Assembly: GCA_951406725.2 (NCBI GenBank) | Contig: OX597822.1 | Coordinates: 28,582,001-28,646,000, forward strand | Source of the DNA: Octopus vulgaris | Lineage: Eukaryota | Length of the DNA: 64,000 nt | Direction of reading: 5' to 3' | Shown: one piece after another, positions 12,140 to 25,006 of the stretch | Layout: every line of letters starts with the position of its first letter | Numbering within the stretch: position 1 is the stretch's first letter | The notes under the pieces: model-generated | The model's database searches: none | Told to the model about the DNA's origin: nothing | The model's input: only the letters and a program-made list of their open reading frames with translations | Position numbers and translations under genes: made by a program

Positions 12140-12940
12140 TCCATCCTATATAGGAGAGTATCGAAAAAATTCTAATTTCATTATATTCAGATTTATAGAT
12201 ATAATAAAATTTCTTAGTAATCTATGCAGGTTAAATAAAAGCTAGTATGGTATATTCATTTTTTATCATCTAACATTATCATCTAACAATGAAATTTTTA
12301 ATTCTCACTCAAATCATTATAATGTTGCTTTATCTGGAGCTGGATACGACAAGGAAATCACCTTCCTAGATCTTGATAATATAAGTCTTTCAAATGAATA
12401 AATGAATGAAAATAGCGGAAATAATATAAAATCTTCTATTTTTAAAAATATATAAATCAATTGAAACGAGTAACCTAGTATATAAACCTGATACAATAAT
12501 TAGAAATGGTAAACAGATCATAAATAAGTATAAAAAGTTTAAGCTAGATAAAATAAATATAAATAATAATGTAAAAATATCTCCCACAGAGAAAAATCCT
12601 AATAAACATATATATATAAGACTAAAGAGAATAACGAATCTCTAAAGGATATAGATATCATTAATCTTTCCACCATTACTCAAATAGAAATAATTCAAAA
12701 GAAAAAATGTTGTATGGTAAATATCCCCTTTAACTGTACGATTTCTACGAACATATAAGGCAAATTTAAGTCGATTTATACCAGAAAAAAACTTCCCTAC
12801 TTCCCATAAATATTATAAAATAATTTCTAATAAATCAGTAAGAATATCATACTCTACTCTTCCAAATATGGGTACCATAAGAGCTAGACTAAATAGAAAA
12901 AATATCAAGTTAGCTAGAAATGGAATAAATAGTAACAACA
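12140..12940 (+). mobile_element. Penelope-like element remnant (RT C-terminus/linker)
   Basis: Hand translation gives LSSNNEIFNSHSNHYNVALSGAGY, KRKNVVW.. and NFPTSHKYYKIISNKSVRISYSTLPNMG, matching PLE motifs Y..AL..SGY, IWFNPP and VKVSYS. Copy at ~41960-42760. Confidence 0.65.
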
Positions 12941-12946
12941 TCAACA

Positions 12947-13205
<259 letters not shown>

Positions 13206-16200
13206 GGAAGAGCGCCTGCCTTGACAGCGGCTGGACGTGTTCCTCACTGCTCTGACAGTTCGGTGGCTGAAAGCCATAGAAACACTAATATGGGCCAGTT
13301 TAGCAACGGGGAAAAATAACTCTCAAAGACTGGAACATCTACAATACCTCGTGAGTATTTGAAATTCTCTTCAAAGTGTGTTAAGAAATTTACAAATTTA
13401 CATATCTGCAGCTTTCAAACATACATCCGATCGGCTTTAAAAACCTTTGATACCCACAACTGCCTCTGTAAGCACCCTTTTTTTTTCTTCTCTCTAAAAA
13501 CATCACGCTTTTCTTTTTGTGGACTTGCAAAACCCTAAAACTTTCTATGAAAATCTTACTTTTCTTTGCTTCCTCCCAGAATATTCAAATATAAAGGTAA
13601 ACATATACTCTTTATTGCAAAAACACACCTGTTCTTCTAACTGCACATACAAACATCTCTAGAGGGGTCAACTTCAACCTCCACAATATTACCTTGCACG
13701 AAATATACAAATACTTTTTATTGCAATAATACAAACGCACATGGAAAAAATAATGATGCTAAGATTCTCTCTGGTCGAACACAGCTTCTCTATTCACAAA
13801 TAATACAGAACAGCCCTTCAAAATAAGCACGAAATATACATACACTGTTTATTGCAATAACACAAACGCACATGAAAAAAATAATGATGCTAAGATTCTC
13901 TCTGGTCGAACACAGCTTCTCTATTCACAAATAATACAGAACAGCCCTTCAAAATAAGCACGAAATACACAAACACTTTTTATTGCAATAACACAAACGC
14001 ACATGGAAAAAAAAATGATGATGCTAAGATTCTCTCTGGTTGAACACAACTTCTCTATTCACAAACAATACAGAACAGCCCTTCCTTAATTTTTCTTAAG
14101 CCTAATAGTAGTAAACATCTGAACTTTTTTTGACCGATAGGACAAAAAAAAAAAATCACTGATGGTGATAGTGATGATGATGATGATGATGATGATGATA
14201 AAAATGATAGTAATAGTGCTGATAATCTATCTATCTGTCTACACGCACACACACTCAAAGAGTTCAACCAACACAAAGAAAGTATTATTTGACAGGCAAG
14301 AACTCTGGTGTTGAAGACAGTCAGCCAGCCAACCACCAAGTCAGCCAACGAGACAGACAGACACTACTGTGATGGTGATAATGATAAAAAAACAAAAATA
14401 ACAATAATAAGATACTGCTGTGACTACACATAAAACAATATCATTGATGATGATGGTGGTGATGGTGATGGTGATGATGATAATGATGATGTTAATGGTG
14501 GTGATAATGATGATAGTGATGGTAATGGTGATGATAATAACAATAACAAGCCGACTACGGCTGCTATAATTGTACGATTATAATAGTAACGGCAATGATG
14601 GCCGTCTCCCCACGAGCCAATCAAAGCTCAAAAATGATAACATTATCGTAGCACCAAAATGTTTCTAGAAACTAAAAGGAAAACTAAATCAGTATACCAA
14701 ATCGCTTGTCCTATGGTTAATCTGGAAGTGCGTCCCCCAGGGAAGAGCCAGCCTGGGATCGAAAAGTCATCAACTGGCACAAACTCTTCTCCGAATACGG
14801 ACATGGATGGTCACTTGAACGGGAAATCCCCCAACTCGAGTCCTCCAAGTTCACCACCACAACCACCACAGAAAGAAAAATGTAAGCGGAACAAATGGAC
14901 CCGAGAAGAGTATAAAGAAGTAATATACGCTTATTACTATGCATTAGGTAGGCCATCTCAAGAGAGACACACCGCAAACTCTTACAGTATATGGAGAACA
15001 CGGAATCAAGACAGTAGGCCCTATTTGGACGAGAACAAATTAGCAAATGTGATGAGGGATATCCTTAGAAATAACAGACTCACAGACAGTGAAAAAAGCG
15101 CGATCAAGCACGCAACGGAAAATGACATAAATATAAGACACAAAGGAAATGAAGAATCAGATGAACAGTATAGCCCGCCACGAGGCTTAATTGAAAGACT
15201 GCCATCTGACCAAAGTACGCAAAGGCCTGAAGATACAAGAAATTCTATTGTACCTGTTAAAGATAGCCAGGAAAACGAAGAAACAACAGTAACTGAAGAT
15301 CTCGCATTTGCTGAAGAACACAGAGAGTCTATGGCAGAAATGAGGCAGAAAATCCTGAATACGCTTGAAGTTGTAAGACATACAAGTATGAATGATAGAG
15401 AACCACTTCATAAACTCTTAAATACAAACCAAAATAAAAAAACAAATCCAAATTGGCAACTATGTAACAAATGAAATAATACGAGAATTAAAATCTGATT
15501 TTACTGAGTTAAATGAAATTATTTACGCTTCTGCTAGGGCAATTGAAACCAGCAGTATGTCCCCGAAAAAACAAAGAAAACCAAACCTGGGAAGAAATCA
15601 AACATGAAGAAGTAAAATTGAAAAAGAGATTGAATTTATGAGAGGGGAAATATCAATATTAAATGAACTAATATGTGGAAATGATGTAAGATCCAGAACA
15701 GGAAGAAAGATGAAGAGAAAATTTGGATCCTCACCAAGAGAAGAAGTGATATCAATAAAAGAAACGCTGAAACAAAAATTCCAAGCAAAAGCCCAAAGAA
15801 TACGAAGATTTGAGAAGAGAAACAAGTTTTACAAGCAAAATAAGCTGTTCACATCCAATGCCAAAAAATTCTACAGAGAAATAGGGAAGGAGAAAGTAAC
15901 CGTTAAAGATCCCCCTCCCATGGAAGAAGTTCAAAACTTTTGGAAAAGGATTTGGAGTGACAAGAAGACGCACAACATAAATGCAGACTGGATTATACAA
16001 TCTGAAGGATCCTACCAAAATTTACAACAACAAGCATGGGAAGACATCACAATAGCAGACCTAAGAAAGGCACTCACGATGGCCCATAATTGGAAATCCC
16101 CCGGTAAAGATAGGGTGCCGAATTTCTGGCTCGCATCGCTCCCATGCGCACACGGTAAGCTAGTTCAGCTGCTCAATGGAATTATGAGAGACCCAAAGAA

Positions 16201-17596
16201 AACACCTGAATGGTTAGCAAGTTGCATTACTTACCTACTCCCAAAGAATAACGAAACCAACCTTCCAAAAAACTATCGGCCTATAACCTGTCTATCCACC
16301 ACGTAAAAAAATCCTAACATCTATCCTGGCGGAGAAAACATATGAATTCATGGAGAAGAACGATATTTTCCCCATAGAACAAAAAGGGTGGCGCCGAGGC
16401 TCTTACGGATGCAAAGATCAACTGCTAATCAATCGTATGATTCTTGAGAACTGTCACAACAAGCGCAGAAATCTCAGCTCCGCATGGATTGACTACAAAA
16501 AGGCCTTCGACAGTATACCGCATCCATGGATCTTGAGATCGCTGGACATCTTCAAAATTTCCCCTGTGATTTCAAACTTCCTGAAGCACAATATGTCGTT
16601 GTGGAATACGAATCTCCAATTATACCACTCTAATGGAGTACTTGCCTCAGAAAATATAAACATCAACTGTGGAATTTTTCAAGGTGACTCACTTTCACCT
16701 TTAATATTCTGCATAGCCCTAATACCCCTTACAAGTGAATTAAACAGAACAGGGTATGGGTATAAAATTGCCAATGAAAAAATAAGCCATCTATTTTATA
16801 TGGATGACTTAAAACTTTATGGTAAAGACAATAATGAACTTGAAGGCCTATTGCGTACCGTGAAAACATTCAGCGAAGACATCGGGATTGAGTTCGGACT
16901 TGAGAAGTGTGCCAAGGCCACTTTCCAGAAAGGGAAAGTGAAGACCACAAATTCAGTCGTGTTAGATGTTGACTCAGTCATAAGAGAGCTTGAGCAAGAA
17001 CAAACATACAAATATTTAGGGATAAATGAAGGCTCTGGTATTAAGCATGCAAGCATGAAAGAGAAAATCAGGAAGGAATGTTATAGGAGAGTTCGTGCAG
17101 TCCTGAAATCTGAACTAAATGCACGTAACAAGGTGTTAGCTATAAATTCCTTTCATCCTGGCTGCTCAAGATCAAAGCCTATTAACCCGGAACTACCAGG
17201 CCAATGTGATGAAAAATGGAGCAGACCCAAAATGCCGATTCTGCAACGACATGATTAAAACAGTGGACCACCTAATCTCTGGATGTAAAGTCTTAGCACC
17301 AGTGGAGTATAAATTAAGACATGACAGAGTTGGCCAATATCTACACTGGCTAATAAGTCGGCATTACAGACCGAACCATCAAGGCCAATAAACCAGATAT
17401 TGTTGTGAAAGACCAAAACAATAAAGTTTGCTTATTGATCGACATGAGCATCCCCTGTGATCATAATATCTCAGCGAAAGAGTTTGACAAGCTCAAAAAA
17501 TATAAAGTCCTACTCATTGAAATTGAGAAAATGTGGCATCTCAAGGCGGTTACAATACTAGTGATCGTAGGAGCACTAGGATTGATCAAGAAGGGC
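13206..17596 (+). mobile_element. Defective R4/Dong-like (RT + restriction-like endonuclease) non-LTR retrotransposon plus 1.45-kb leader; left arm of fold-back
   Basis: ORF pieces 14659-15474, 15638-16306, 16350-17258, 17206-17391 and 17405-17614. Motifs: KWTREEYKEVIYAYYY, WKSPGKD, NYRPITCL, WIDYKKAFDS, GIFQGDSLSP, YMDD, CRFC..DHLISGC..RHD zinc knuckle and a PD..D..K RLE. Contains frameshifts, stops and internal deletions, and begins directly after (AAT)n. Confidence 0.88.
13696..14084. repeat. Three tandem 131-bp repeats in the fold-back leader
   Basis: gcacgaaata.. starts at 13696, 13827 and 13958. Only one copy in the right arm (~21968-22094). Confidence 0.9.
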
Positions 17597-17915
17597 AAGT
17601 GTCTTCTACTATAGCTTCGGGCCGACCCAAGCCTTGTGAGTGGATTTGTTAGACGGAAACTGAAAAAAGCCCGTCGTATATATGTATATATATATATATG
17701 TGTGCGTGTATGTTTCTGTGTCTTTGTTTGTTCCGATATTATTGCTTGGCAACCGATGCTGTTGTGTTTATGTCCCCGTCACTTAGCGGTGTGGCAAAAG
17801 ATAACGATAGAATAAGTACTGAGCTTACAAAGAATAAGTCCCGGTGTCGAGTTGCTCGAGTAAAGGCGGTGCTCCAGCATGGCCGCAGTCAAATGACTGA
17901 AACAAGTAAAAGAGT
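17593..17915 (+). mobile_element. 5'-truncated SINE (second octopus-type family) fused to the R4-like 3' end
   Basis: gggcaagtgtcttctactatagc..gccttgtgagtggatt..(TA/TG)n..gatagaataagtac..cagcatggccgcagtcaaatgactgaaacaag. Related 3' half at 9640-9830. Unit 2 copy at 47283-47604. Confidence 0.7.
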
Positions 17916-18854
17916 ACCCATAGAATGATACGTAATACCATAGATGGAACAGATGATATTCTGCTTTTAGCAAGCATAGGGTAAATACTAATGAGTATTA
18001 TTGTAACAATTACATTATATGCACGTGACCTACCAATATTAGGCTTCACGAAATATTCTCTTTATATGTAACGAGTCCTTTGACCTAAAGTCAGTGTTTT
18101 ATGTGCCGCCTACGAAGCTCTCGGCCTTTGAGTAACTTTTGTAACATTCTTGCGATTAAAAATAAAAAAGATGATATATTCATATACTGAATTATGTTTC
18201 TCTTGTTTGTTCAATCAGAAATTTATTTATTTATTTATTTATTTATTTATTCATGTATGTATGTAAAGTGTGAACGTTAAGTCTACATACATGAGCGAAA
18301 ATAATATTATTCAATAATATTATTGAACTTCATTAAAGAATAACATTGTCAACATGATTTTCATCTGTGATTTTCACTGAGTACACCTCCAACATACGTC
18401 AGAAAAAGACGTGAAACGAACTAATATCTGATGAGCGACGAAACCCACTCTACACAGTCATTATTAGCGATATTAATGAGTAAGTCATGTTTCCCTTGTG
18501 TATAGACTTCATGCTTACCCTGTATCTTTGTATGTATGTATGTGCTGGTGTGTGTGTGTGTGTGTGCGTGTGTGTTGGTATAGATGTTTAGGTCTATAAG
18601 TGGATATGTATGGACGTGTATGCATAAAGTTTTACGAATACTCTCACACACACAAACACACACATATATGTATTTTTCATGCATATATGATCGTACATAC
18701 GGTCACTGGTATACACACAGAAGAAGAGAGTCAAATGCAAATGCAAAATGGTCGATATTGGGAGCAATCGGTAGCTAAGTGAAAGGAAATATGAAAGAAC
18801 CAATAGAGTAATATTGATTCCAAATTTTGGTAAAAAGGTAACAATTTCCGAGGA

Positions 18855-18953
18855 GGGGTCGTGACGGATTTTGAACTGTGAATGTAAAGACGGATGAAAT
18901 GCTGCGAAGTATTTTGCCTTGTGTGCTAATGGTTCTGCCAGCTCGTTGCCTTG
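18855..18953 (-). mobile_element. Degenerate SINE 5' (tRNA-like) head
   Basis: Reverse complement ggcaacgagctggcagaaccattagcac..gttcaaaatcc resembles the head at 5174. Unit 2 copy at ~48537-48635. Confidence 0.55.
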
Positions 18954-19034
18954 ACGGATAGATTAATATCAATATGTACTAAGGTTTATCAAGTAAATCT
19001 TCAATAGATGGACTTTTGTGAAAATCCGTTCCAA

Positions 19035-22000
19035 GCTCAAGCTCTCTTATGACTGTGTCAACATCTAACACGACTGAATTTGTGGTCTTCACTTTCCCTT
19101 TCTGGAAAGTGGCCTTGGCACACTTCTCAAGTCCAAACTCCATCCCGATGTCATCGCTGAATGCTTTCACAGTGCGCAATAGGCCTTCAAGCTCATCATT
19201 GTCTTTACCATAGAGCTTTAAGTCATCCATATAAAATAGATGGCTTGTTTTTTTATTGGCAATTTTATACCCATACCCTGTTCTGTTTAATTCACTTGTA
19301 AGGGGTATTAGGGCTATGCAGAATATTAAAGGTGAAAGTGAGTCACCTTGAAAAATTCCACAGTTGATGTTTATATTTTCTGAGGCAAGTACTCCATTAG
19401 AGTGGTATAATTGGAGATTCGTATTCCACAACAACATATTGTGCTTCAGAAAGTTTGAAATCACAGGGGAAATTTTGAAGATGTCCAGCGATCTCAAGAT
19501 CCATGGATGCGGTATACTGTTGAAGGCCATTTTGTAGTCAATCCATGCGGAGCTGAGATTTCTGCGCTTGTTGTGACGGTTCTCAAGGACCATACGATTA
19601 ATTAGCAGTTGATCTTTTCATCCGTATGAGCCTCGGCGGCACCCTTTTTGTTCAATGGAGAAAATATCGTTCTTCTCCATGAATGCATATGTTTCCTCCG
19701 CCAGGATAGATGTTAGGATTTTATACGTGGTGGATAGACAGGTTATAGGCCGATAGTTTTTGGAAGGTTGGTTTCGTTATTCTTTGGGAGTAGGTAAGTA
19801 ATACCACTTGCAAACCATTCAGGTGTTTTCTTTGGGTCTCTCATAATTCCATTGAGCAGCTGAACTAGCTTACCGTGCGCATGGGAGCGATGCGAGCCAG
19901 AAATTCGGCACCCTATCTTTACCGGGGGATTTCCAATTATGGGCCATCGTGAGTGCCTTTCTTAGGTCTGCTATTGTGATGTCTTCCCATGCTTGTTGTT
20001 GTAAATTTTGGTAGGATCCTTCAGATTGTATAATCCAGTCTGAATTTATGTTGTACGTCTTCTTGTCACTCCCAATCCTTTTCCAAAAGTTTTGAACTTC
20101 TTCCATGGGAGGGGATCTTTAACGGTTACTTTCTCCTTCCCTATTTCTCTGTAGAATTTTTTGGCATTGGATGTGAACAGCTTATTTTGCTTGTAAAACT
20201 TGTTTCTCTTCTCAAATCTTCGTATTCTTTGGGCTTTTGCTTGAACTTTTTGTTTCAGCGTTTCTTTTATTGATATCAGTTCTTCTCTTGGTGAGGATCC
20301 AAATTTTCTCTTCATCTTTCTTCCTGTTCTGGATCTTACATCATTTCCACATATTAGTTCATTTAATATTGATATTTCCCCTCTCATAAATTCAATCTCT
20401 TTTTCAATTTTACTTCTCCAGGTTTCATTTCTTCTCAGGTTTGGTTTTCTTTGTTTTTTCGGGGACATACAGCTGGTTTCAATTGCCCTAGCAGAAGCGT
20501 AAATAATTTCATTTAACTCAGTAAAATCAGGTTTTAATTCTTGTATTATTTCATTTGTAACATAGTTGCCAATTTGGATTTGTTTTTTATTTTGGTTTGT
20601 ATTTGAGAGTTTATGAAGTGGTTCTCTATCATTCATACCTGTATGTCTTACAACTTCAAACGTATTCAGGATTTTCTGCCTCATTTCTGCCATAGACTCT
20701 CTGTGTTCTTCAGCAAATGCGAGATCTTCAGTTACTGTTATTTTATCATTTTCCTGGCTATCTTTAACAGGTACAATAGAATTTCTTGTATCTTCAGGCC
20801 TTTGCGTACTTTGGTCATATGGCAGTCTTTCAATCAAGCCTCGTAGCGGGCAATACTGTTCATCTGATTCTTCATTTCCTTTGTGTCTTATATTTATGTC
20901 ATTTTCCGTTGCGTGCTTGATCGCGCTTTTTTCACTGTCTGTGAGTCTGTTATTTCTAAGGATATCCCTCCTCACATTTGCCAATTTGTTCTCGTCCAAA
21001 TAGGGCCTACTGTCTTGATTCCGTGTTCTCCATATACTGTATGAGTTTGCGGTGTGTCTCTCTTGAGATGGCCTACCTAATGCATAGTAATAAGCGTATA
21101 TTACTTCTTTATACTCTTCTCGGGTCCATTTGTTCCGCTTACATTTTTCTTTCTGTGCTGGTTGTGGTGGTGAACATGGAGGGTTCGAGTTGGGGGATTT
21201 CCCGTTCAAGTGACCATCCATGTCCGTATTCGGAGAAGAGTTTGTGCCAGTTGATGACTTTTCGATCCCAGGCTGGCTCTTCCCTGGGGGACGCACTTCC
21301 AGATTAACCATAGGACAAGCGATTTGGCACACTGATTTAGTTTTCCTTTTACTTTCCAATAACATTTTGGTGCTACGATAATGTTATCATTTTTGAGCTT
21401 TGATTGGCTCGTGGTGAGACGGCCATCATTGCCGTTACTATTATTATCATACCATTATAGCAGCCGTAGTCGGCTTATTATTGTTATTATCATCACCATT
21501 ATTATCACTATCATCATTATCACCACCATTACCATCATCATTATCATCATCACCATCACCATCATCATCATTATCATCAATGATATTGTTTTATGTGTAG
21601 TCACAGCAGTATCTTATTATTGTTATTTTTGTTTTTTATCATTATCACCATCACAGTAGTGTCTGTGTGTCTCGTTGGCTGGCTTGGTTGTTGGCTGGCT
21701 GGCTGTCTTCAACGCCAGAGTTCTTGCCTGTCAAATAATACTTTCATATTTGGTTAACATCTAAAGAGCCGAGGTGAGTTTTGTGTTGGTTGAACTCTGT
21801 GAGTGTGTGTGTGTGTGTAGATAGATATATAGACAGATTATCAGCACTATTACCATCATTATTATCATCATCATCATCATCACCATCACCATCAGTGATT
21901 TTTTTTCAGGTGGGGTCTTATCGGTCAAAAAAAGTTCAAATGTTTACTACTACTTAAGAAAAATTAAGGAAGGGCTGTTCTGTATTGTTTGTGGATAGAG

Positions 22001-22582
22001 AAGTTGTGTTCGACCAGAGAGAATCTTCGCATCATTATTTTTTTTCCATGTGCGTTTGTGTTATTGCAATAAAAAGTGTTTGTATATTTCGTGTAAGTTA
22101 ATATTATGGAGGTTGAAGTTGACTTTCTAGAGATGTTTGTACGTCCAGTTAGAAGAACAGGTGTGATTTGCAATAAAAAGTATATGTTTACATTTATATT
22201 TGAATATTCAGGGAGGAAGCAAAGAAAAGTCAGATTTTCATAGAACGTTTAAGGGTTTTGTAAGTCCACAAAAAGAAAAGCGTGCTGCTTTTAGAGAGAA
22301 GAAAACAAAGGATGTTTACAGAGGCAATTGTGGGTATTAAAGTTTTTGAAGCTGGTCGAATGTATGTTTGAAAACTGTAGATATGTAAATTTGTAAATTT
22401 CTTAACTTATTTTGAAGAGAATTTTAAAAACTCACAAGATATTGTAGATGTTCCAGTCTTTGAGAGTTATCTTTCCCCGTTGCTAAACTGGGTCATTTTA
22501 GTGTTTCTATGGCTTTCGGCTACTGAATTATCAGAGCTGTGAGGAATACGTCCAGGCGCTGTCAAGGCTGGCGCGCCACTCT
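19035..22582 (-). mobile_element. Defective R4/Dong-like retrotransposon, 3'-truncated inside RT; right arm of fold-back
   Basis: ORFs 20046-21365, 19870-20106 and 18979-19593 are near-identical to the left arm. Same leader, bounded by (TTA)n. Confidence 0.88.
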
Positions 22583-22584
22583 TA

Positions 22585-22637
<53 letters not shown>

Positions 22638-22639
22638 TA

Positions 22640-22930
22640 ACTAGTGAATACACTAATTTTTTATAAACTTGTGTGCTGCAATAATTTGGGCTAAACATAT
22701 ATTCAGTTTATTTGGGTTTAAAAAAAGTAAATTACACGGCTTTGAGTGGGCTCACTTGGACTTTAAATGATATGGACACTAAATATACCGTTGGGTATTC
22801 GAAATGTGATCTCTGCTTGGAAGAATCATTCCATATCCTTACTTGTACTTTCAGATTATTTAATCCCAGAAACAAATTAGCAGTAAAATGCGCACATTTA
22901 TTTAGAAAAGTTTTCATTATTTCCAAATAA
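22640..22930 (+). mobile_element. Penelope-like GIY-YIG endonuclease remnant
   Basis: FYKLVCCNNLG*TYIQ (GIY..YIG-like), then TALSGLTWTL, KCDLCLEE and FNPRNKLAVKCAH, typical of the PLE endonuclease C-terminus. Confidence 0.7.
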
Positions 22931-24909
22931 GATTCCTTATTTACAAATCACGTAGATGAAAGTACACATAAGTTAACCCAGTTAGCTTATATTTCAAATT
23001 TACTTACGTTTTATTAAATTTTCACTAATCCTAACTATTATTTATTTTTTGGAAGGGGAGAAATAATACAAAATATGGTTAGAATGAATATTTACTTCAG
23101 ACAACATATATTGATTAAGCTTACGTTAAAATCTCAGATAGTTTAGCAAAATCTATAGTGATTCATAGAGCAGTAAATGAAACGGTATTGATTAATAGCT
23201 TTGATTTCATTATAATATTAGCACAAAGGTTTTGTAATTTAGATAATTATAAAAAAAGGGACATTTTTTTTCCTTCATGCTAATTCATATATATTAGTTA
23301 CATAAATGGAATAAGTATGGCTTCAAATGAAGTTTGGAACAGCAACGCTAACTGGAAATATACAACACGAGCCGAGCTTTCAGAATTAATATTGACTGGA
23401 CTCGATTCAGAGAACGAATAAGGCAAGAAATGTTACGCTTTCCCAACAACATTAGCAATATCAGTTCACGTTTACACAGAAACCTGCAGTAATGTTACTT
23501 AAAATCTACTGATAACGTTTATTGAGAAGCTCAAACTATATCGGTAAATTTCGTGGAAGATAACTTTCAAATTTCGTTCAGCATTTGAAATAGCAGCAGT
23601 CAAGCTATATTGATAGAAAGAATGACTATAACAGAGAAGCTTTTCAGTCTTCATAAACGCATAGAGGAACATGGATATTCAACACGTAATAAAAAAACAA
23701 ATTTTGTATTTATGAAGTGCTTTTTATTATATTCTCTTTATATAATTTAATATTACAGATATAGAGTACGTAAGTTAAAATGCTCATCATTAATGACAGG
23801 ATATTATGATTCATTTAATCCCGTTGTTTTACTATGTGTTAGACAATAAGAATAACGGCTAAGGAGTCGACATCGTCTGATTATTATATGGTATATATAT
23901 CGTGGTTTGGATATTGTCCTTGATTTAACACATTTATATGGAAGTAATACCACAATTAGAAATAGCGTTTACAATAAACCGATTTTGCTCAAGGCGAAAC
24001 AATTATTTTCTTATGCAAAAAGACCAAAAGACTTGTTGAAAATATTATAAAACTGATGCGATGTTGTCAGCATTCTTTTTAACAACATCAGATCTCTCCG
24101 TAGATAACGTTCTACGGACAGAAAAGGAAACGCACAGCAACATTTTGCTTGCTGGACAAATCAGAGCTGATTATTAGAGAATTAATTGGATAACTAAAAG
24201 CGACGAATAATAATATTTTAATAGAGTTGGGATAGAAATGTGATACACGAGTGGTAGACTCTTTTCACACACACTAGTATCTCTACAAATCCCGTTACAT
24301 GTGACGTAATAAATGTTTTTCAAAGCGTTTTCCAAAACGTATATCGTGATTATTCCATATGTGTGAGGAAGAGATTATATAATATAGGAAGTGAACGAGA
24401 TTATTTAAAACCATTTAAAATCGTTTGACCGAACTAAAAGACAGGGAGAGAGACATGAGTGAGCTCAAACTTCATAAAACCCACATATTCGTAAAATGTT
24501 AGGTCAACAGAATATAAATGGAATACAAAAAAGGATAGAAAAAAAGGATACAATAAAATTACTAACTATATGGGGTTTTCAGCAAAAAGTGAGTCCGTTC
24601 AACAGCTCAGGTTGACATGAAAATTTAAATATATCGAAGAACAGGAGAAATGGCCAAAAATAAAAGGGCAAGTTCCTGAAAGAAATAGGCACATACCCTT
24701 CACACTTGCAAGGCGTTTATCTTATACGAATTCAAATAGAATCTAGAAAACATAATTTTCCCTTTTATTTTTTCATTTCTTTTTTTCCGAATCGGCATTT
24801 TAGGAATTTCAGTTCAGAATGTTGTTAATTGTTGAACTTGGTAATCTCAGCTGATTCATAGTCTCGAAGATCTATAGTCAAAGGTATTCTAGTAAGAACC
24901 ATCATGTCA

Positions 24910-24937
24910 TTTATTCAGATTTAATATATAATTTATT
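24910..24937 (-). terminator. Candidate AATAAA polyadenylation signals 70-100 nt downstream of the GPCR A stop
   Basis: TTTATT on the plus strand at 24910 and 24932. Copy B keeps one (~55625) after a small deletion. The AT-rich context makes chance hits likely. Confidence 0.3.
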
Positions 24938-25006
24938 ATCCATTATTTCCATCTTCATTCCACTGACGATATTGTGTAACCCACATTGGTTAGCTTGACT
25001 GCACAA

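Noticed and set aside
13696-14084. 131-bp repeats as a CRISPR-like array
   Set aside because: Contiguous tandem copies with no unique spacers, in a eukaryotic context.
14659-17614. Active retrotransposon or domesticated RT gene
   Set aside because: All four copies carry frameshifts or stops, and none has an intact RT plus endonuclease.
18428-18447. CTGATGAgcgacGAAAC hammerhead-like core
   Set aside because: Stem II is only 1 bp, stem III is mismatched and there is no stem I pairing.
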